A stretch of DNA of 64,000 bases, taken from the IMG/VR virus record IMGVR_UViG_3300028591_000094, positions 96,001 to 160,000 of that record; one strand, 5' to 3'. The DNA comes from a virus. Its lineage: Duplodnaviria; Caudoviricetes. The number at the start of each line of letters is the position of its first letter. Positions within the stretch are counted from its first letter, which is position 1. Under the pieces are notes generated by a model. The model had not been told where the DNA came from. It saw only the letters and a program-made list of their open reading frames with translations, and did not search any database. Shown piece after piece: positions 62,036 to 64,000 of the stretch. The position numbers and the translations under genes were made by a program.

Positions 62036-62293
62036 TCAATGAGGCTTTTTCCTGTTTTCTACAATTCTCTTTTTTTTCTCACCATTCTCGATGTATTTGT
62101 TCAGTTCTTCGAAAACCTTTTTTGGATTCTTTCTTATGTCATATTCCCATATTCTCAATAAAGGAATGCCGTGCAGGTCACACCACTTGTCTTTCAAAAA
62201 ATCCACAAATTTATTATGTTTCTGCATCGGGTTGAGTTTCTTTTCACCGATGACACGGGGGTCGGAGTGGTATTGTTTACCAGTAACCCCCAT
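62036..62293 (-). CDS. C-terminal half of split Vsr/DUF559-like endonuclease
   Basis: YHSDPR...DFLKDKWC..HGIPLLRIWEYDI; ATG at 62293 lies inside the upstream half. Confidence 0.7.
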   Translation of the reverse strand: MGVTGKQYHSDPRVIGEKKLNPMQKHNKFVDFLKDKWCDLHGIPLLRIWEYDIRKNPKKVFEELNKYIENGEKKKRIVENRKKPH

Positions 62294-62615
62294 CAATTTC
62301 TAGTATGAAACTAATCGGTACATTTTGTTTCTCCTGTTTTATACACTCTATACCGTCCTTGTTTTCCATTATAAACGGAATATTATCGTAGGCTGTGACG
62401 GCAAAGTCGAAAAAACGCCCAATATCCTTAGCTTCATATTGATAAATGTATTTAAGATTCAATTTATCCAGAAACTCATGAGCAAAATCGACTTCCAGCT
62501 GAGATGTACCGTACTTCTGTTGTTTCCGATTTGTTTGATGGGAGTTACCAGTTTTTGGTTTTTTTATATTTTTATTATTAACTTTAATTGTATTTTTAAT
62601 TGGTTGTTTTCTCAT
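62277..62615 (-). CDS. N-terminal half of split Vsr/DUF559-like endonuclease (copy B, intact)
   Basis: TSQLEVDF...YQY...FFDF...LEIDGGYW*. Confidence 0.75.
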   Translation of the reverse strand: MRKQPIKNTIKVNNKNIKKPKTGNSHQTNRKQQKYGTSQLEVDFAHEFLDKLNLKYIYQYEAKDIGRFFDFAVTAYDNIPFIMENKDGIECIKQEKQNVPISFILEIDGGYW

Positions 62616-63522
62616 GTATTTTAGTTATAATATCATTAATGTTATAATTTTTCTTGGTTATATAAATAATTTCAATGCCATGTTCATTACACAACTGTTT
62701 TTTTATTTCGTCTCTGTTTTTTCTTACTATATAATCTGCCATACCGCCAAAACGTTTTATGGGTAGATAATGTTGTTCTCCTTGTACTTCTATTGCTATG
62801 TTATAGTCTGGTAAAAAGAAATCTAAATATAGATTTTTTTTATATTTTAGCCAAGAAAATGTTTTTTGTCTTTCAATTTTTATGCACATATCACTTAATT
62901 GTAATCCAATATTCTCTTCCATCTGACTTTTATTTCCACTGTTACACCTTGGGCATCCTGCTCCGTTTAAATGATTCCTTGCGCTTTGATAGAATTCCCC
63001 GTGTTCGTGTTCATTTTTATCTAACACATGGCATATAATCAAAACTTTATTAGCGGCACCTGTATAATTACATTTACTGTAATCATATTTGTTATTATGT
63101 ACTTTTTGACATTCTTGAATAAACTGGTCATTTGATTTAAGTATATTTCCTGCACATAATTGGCATCCATATCCACTTAGTAAATCATTTGGTCTCGAAT
63201 AAAACTCACCATGTTCAGGACAACTAACACAAACCTTTGTTTTGTTATTTATATATTCAACCTTAGAATAATCATAATCAGGGAACTTTTGTTTACATTT
63301 TTTAATAAATTCATCTTTATTACTGCGTGTTACACCCTTACATATTGAACAACCATGACCTTGTAAATGGTCAGCAGGGCGCTCCCAGAACTCACCGTGT
63401 TTAGGGCAAATAATACATACTTTAGTTGTTGAGTTAATGTATTTCACCTTTGAATAATCATACTTATTCCCATGCACCTTTTGCGCTTTTTCAATAAACT
63501 CTTCTGTTGTAAGTTTTTTCAT
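62596..63522 (-). CDS. Free-standing homing endonuclease: three zinc-finger-like (DUF723-type) repeats + Vsr/EDxHD-like nuclease domain
   Basis: Three (K/D)YDYSK..Y....KV...C..HGEF.....(H/L)L.G.GC..C repeats; YLDFFLPDYNIAIEVQGEQHY; very AT-rich; ATG 63522 after ATATTTAT. Confidence 0.85.
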   Translation of the reverse strand: MKKLTTEEFIEKAQKVHGNKYDYSKVKYINSTTKVCIICPKHGEFWERPADHLQGHGCSICKGVTRSNKDEFIKKCKQKFPDYDYSKVEYINNKTKVCVSCPEHGEFYSRPNDLLSGYGCQLCAGNILKSNDQFIQECQKVHNNKYDYSKCNYTGAANKVLIICHVLDKNEHEHGEFYQSARNHLNGAGCPRCNSGNKSQMEENIGLQLSDMCIKIERQKTFSWLKYKKNLYLDFFLPDYNIAIEVQGEQHYLPIKRFGGMADYIVRKNRDEIKKQLCNEHGIEIIYITKKNYNINDIITKIHEKTTN

Positions 63523-63565
63523 TGTGTTTTTTAATATATTTATAAATATCAACAATTTAAAATAT

Positions 63566-63926
63566 TTATAATCCGCCGTCAACCTCAACCATAAAACTGA
63601 TTGGCACATTTTGTTTCTCCTGTCTTATACACTCTATTCCATCCTTATTTTCCATAATAAACGGAACGTTATCATAGGCTGTGACAGCAAAGTCGAAAAA
63701 ACGCCCGATATCCTTAGCTTCATACTGATAAATGTATTTAAGTTTCAGTTTATCCAGAAACTCACGGGCAAAGTCGACTTCCAGCTGAGATGTACCGTAC
63801 TTCTGCTTTTTGTGGTTTGATTGACGGTGGCTACCAGTTTTGGAACTCTTCGTTTTTTTCTAATTATTTGTCTTTTTAACGTCGGTAAAATTTACGACCG
63901 TTTTTTTTTATCGGCTGTTTCCTCAT
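63566..63926 (-). pseudogene. Degraded original 5' half of the Vsr-like gene (copy A)
   Basis: MRKQPIKK.../KYGTSQLEVDFAREFLDKL...FMVEVDGGL*; frameshift in the A9 run (63901-63909) and in-frame TAG at 63860-63862. Confidence 0.8.
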
Positions 63927-64000
63927 ACCATGTCTATTAAGTTTCTCTGAAATAATTAGTCAATTTTTCAAATGTAATATATTTATTAATATAAAATAAC

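Larger units (their letters stand above)
62274..63565 (-). mobile_element. HEG cassette (promoter + HEG + replacement 5' half of target gene)
   Basis: Inserted at the EVDGG motif; produces a ~0.3-kb direct duplication. Confidence 0.65.
1..64000. mobile_element. Fragment of a large myovirus genome, probable Bacteroidetes host
   Basis: Contiguous replication, recombination, nucleotide-metabolism, baseplate and tape-measure genes. No host housekeeping operons or integrase seen. Confidence 0.93.

Noticed and set aside
62274-63565. Group I or II intron around the HEG
   Set aside because: Only ~43 nt of AT-rich non-coding sequence upstream and under 10 nt downstream, leaving no room for a ribozyme core.
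1-64000. TAG-to-Gln recoding (Lak/crAss style), prompted by the in-frame TAG at 63860 and in-frame neighbours across TAG (34249 helicase/RNR; TAG TAG ATG at 50869-50874)
   Set aside because: Code 11 already gives near-complete coding density with ORFs up to 2271 aa. TAG sits at plausible gene ends, and the 63860 TAG is in a copy that is also frameshifted.
1-64000. tRNA, rRNA, or a cellular contractile injection system locus
   Set aside because: Intergenic gaps are short and show no cloverleaf. Baseplate genes are interleaved with phage replication genes, which indicates a phage.

Overview
The window is a gene-dense fragment of a large, apparently lytic myovirus with T4-superfamily-like modules, probably infecting Bacteroidetes. 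The host inference rests on BACON domains, a Bacteroidetes-like sigma70, an SSB tail ending DDLPF, and AT-rich starts without Shine-Dalgarno sites. It uses the standard genetic code, and every gene except sbcD is on the minus strand. Modules: (i) sigma factor, SbcC/SbcD, primase and RuvC-like resolvase (0.2-6.6 kb); (ii) adhesin, fibre and baseplate block with BACON, InlB-B-repeat and CBM5/12-like modules plus gp7/gp6/gp25-like wedge genes (6.5-31.7 kb); (iii) class II RNR, helicase, 5'-3' exonuclease, RecA/UvsX, thymidine kinase and gp32-like SSB (31.8-41.3 kb); (iv) low-complexity late proteins, a split hub/tail lysin, LysM/gp53, tube initiator, tape measure and chaperones (41.4-61.4 kb); (v) a homing-endonuclease cassette inserted in, and carrying a replacement copy of, a Vsr-like nuclease gene (62-63.9 kb). 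Main findings: late proteins sharing an MKKVxxLTE...(L/M)NE leader, one of which looks like a Glu-cleaved polyprotein of glycine-zipper/prion-like peptides; the target-replacing HEG cassette; an apparently re-split Mre11-Rad50; a three-enzyme split hub protein; and three recurring upstream motifs, one suggesting near-leaderless transcripts. All family assignments come from motifs read by eye; no searches were run.
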